A DNA stretch of 64,000 nt from the human T2T-CHM13v2.0 reference genome, Homo sapiens, in the NCBI RefSeq assembly GCF_009914755.1, contig NC_060947.1. One strand, given 5' to 3'. The notes under the pieces were generated by a model. The model saw only the letters and a list, made by a program, of their open reading frames with translations. It had not been told where the DNA came from and searched no databases. Numbering within the stretch: the first letter of the stretch is position 1; each line of letters opens with the position of its first letter. This document shows positions 61,591 to 64,000 of the stretch, one piece after another. Both the position numbers and the translations under genes were made by a program.

Positions 61591-62372
61591 GGAGAATTGA
61601 AGGGAGAAATAAACAGTTCCACAATAATAGTTGGAGACTTAAATACCTTACTTTCAATAATGGATAAGACATGTAAACAGAAGATCAATAAAGCGATAGT
61701 GAACTTGAACAGCACTGTAAACCAGTAGATCTAACAGACTGTAAAGACCTAACAGCACTGTCCCATAGACCTAACAGGCATGTATAGAACACTTCATCTA
61801 ACAACAGGAATATACACATTTTTCTCAAGTGCCATGGAACATTCTCCAGGATAGGCCATATATTAGGCCACAAAACAAGCTTCAATAAATTTAAAAAGAT
61901 GAAAGTCATACAATATCTTCTACAATGACAATGGAAGGAATCTAAAAATCAATAACAGAGGAAAACTGGAAAATCATATAACATTTTTAATAAATGGTTC
62001 AAAGAAGAAATCTTAAGGGAAATTAGACAAAATTGTGAAATAAATGAAAATGAAAACATGCCAGAACTTAAGGGACACAGTAAGATCAGTGCTCAGAGGG
62101 AAATTTGTAGCTGTAAATGTCAACATTAGAAAAGCAGAAAGATCTTGAAACCTGACTCTACACCTAGAGGAACAAGAAAAATAATAGCAAAACAAACCCA
62201 AAACTAGAAGAAGGAAGGAAATAATAAAGATTAGAGTGGAGATAAACAAAACAGAGAATAGAAAAACAATAAAGGGAAAAACAAACCAAAAGTTGATTTT
62301 TTTGAAAATATCAACAAAATTGACAAAACGTTACCAAATACCTGAAATAATAAGTAAATCAGAAATGAGAAT
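61590..62372 (+). mobile_element. Old L1M ORF2 endonuclease-region fragment
   Basis: Peptide STIIVGDLNTLLSIMD (EN motif GDFN-like). Confidence 0.75.
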
Positions 62373-63712
62373 GGAGCCACATATCTACAACCATCTGATC
62401 TTTGACAAACCTAACAAAAACAAGAAATGGGGAAACAATTCCCTATTTAATAAATGGTGCTGGGAAAACTGGCTAGCCATATGTAGAAAACTGAAACTGG
62501 ATCCCTTCCTTACACCTTATACAAAAGTTAATTCAAGATGGATTAAAGACTTAAATGTTAGACCTAAAACCATAAAAACCCTAGAAGAAAACTTAGGCAA
62601 TACCATTCACGACATAGGCATGGGCAAGGACTTCATGTCTAAAACACCAAAAGCAATGGCAACAAAAGCCAAAATTGACAAATGGGATCTAACTAAACTA
62701 AAGAGCTTCTGCACAGCAAAAGAAACTACCATCAGAGTGAACAGGCAACCTACAAAATGGGAGAAAATTTTTGCAATCTACTCATGTGACAACGGGCTAA
62801 TATCCAGAATCTACAATGAACTCCAACAAATTTACAAGGAAAAAACAAACAACCCCATCAAAAAGTGGGCAAAGGATATGAACAGACACTTCTCAAAAGA
62901 AGACATTTATGCAGCCAAAAGACACATGAAAAAATGCTCATCATCACTGGCCATCAGAGAAATGCAAATCAAAACCACAATGAGATACCGTCTCACACCA
63001 GTTAGAATGGAAATCATTAAAAAGTCAGGAAACAACAGGTGCTGGAGAGGATGTGGAGAAATAGGAACACTTTTACACTGTTGGTGGGACTGTAAACTAG
63101 TTGAACCATTGTGGAAGTCAGTGTGGTGATTCCTCAGGGATCTAGAACTAGAAATACCATTTGACCCAGCCATCCCATTACTGGGTATATACCCAAAGGA
63201 CTATAAATCATGCCGCTATAAAGACACATGCACACGTATGTTTATTGCGGCACTATTCACAATAGCAAAGACTTGGAACCAACCCAAATGTCCAACAATG
63301 ATAGACTGGATTAAGAAAATGTGGCACATATACACCATGGAATACTATGCAGCCATAAAAAATGATGAGTTCATGTCCTTTGTAGGGACATGGATGAAAT
63401 TGGAAATCATCATTCTCAGTAAACTATCATAAGGACAAAAAACCAAACACTGCATGTTCTCACTCATAGGTGGGAATTGAACAATGAGAACACATGGACA
63501 CAGGAAGGGGAACATCACACTCTGGGGACTGTTGTGAGGTGGGGGGAGGGGGGAGGGATAGCATTACGAAATATACCTAATGCTAAATGACGAGTTAATG
63601 GGTGCAGCACACCAGCATGGCACATGTATACATATGTAACTAACCTGCGCATTGTGCACATATACCCTAAAACTTGAAGTATAATAATAATAAAATAAAT
63701 AAATAAATAATA
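62373..63712 (+). mobile_element. 5'-truncated L1PA2-4 3' end
   Basis: High-identity ORF2 C-terminus (PKDYK type), 3'UTR with ancestral GAG rather than ACA (GACGAGTTAATG), (TAAA)n tail. Confidence 0.92.
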
Positions 63713-64000
63713 AAATGGTTAAATTTATAATATATTAATTTATCCACAGCTAAATAAAAAACAATTAAAAGATCCATTTGGAAAAGGATACACCCTATTA
63801 AAGTAAGCCTGATACATGAGACAACAGCTAAAAAAGAAAAAAAAAAAGTAACACAATTGACAACCTAAATAAAGAAAATACTTACACTGAAAGAAAACAT
63901 AAACAAGACCAAGATCAGGTTATAAAAAAAGAGTTAGTGTATAATGTACTTAAAAACATTGCCTCTGTCAATGAATAAAAAGAATAACATATTAGCGAAG

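Noticed and set aside
62236-63129. 297-aa ORF
   Set aside because: Chance in-frame fusion of an old L1M fragment and a 5'-truncated L1PA ORF2; starts at GTG and has no promoter

Overview
Human genomic DNA, very rich in LINE-1, which I place at Xp11.21 from recalled gene content. The only host protein-coding feature is the GC-rich promoter and first exon of NBDY (NoBody, formerly LINC01420), a 68-aa P-body/decapping microprotein at 36751-36957 (+). A probable non-coding exon 2 lies at 39460-39596. An intact-ORF UQCRB retrocopy (UQCRBP1, - strand) lies downstream within the gene. It appears to extend about 4.3 kb (40719-44984) between 13-bp target-site duplications (TSDs) and contains an Alu with strand-specific A>G hypermutation, possibly a fossil of ADAR editing. 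Upstream are a full-length L1HS Ta-1 element (intact ORF0 and ORF1, ORF2 with two nonsense codons, a short 3' transduction), several older nested L1s, a 35-nt tailless U2 retropseudogene, a palindromic 32-bp minisatellite, Alus, MaLR/ERV LTRs and DNA transposon remnants. Repeat subfamily calls come from recalled consensus sequences and were not computed.
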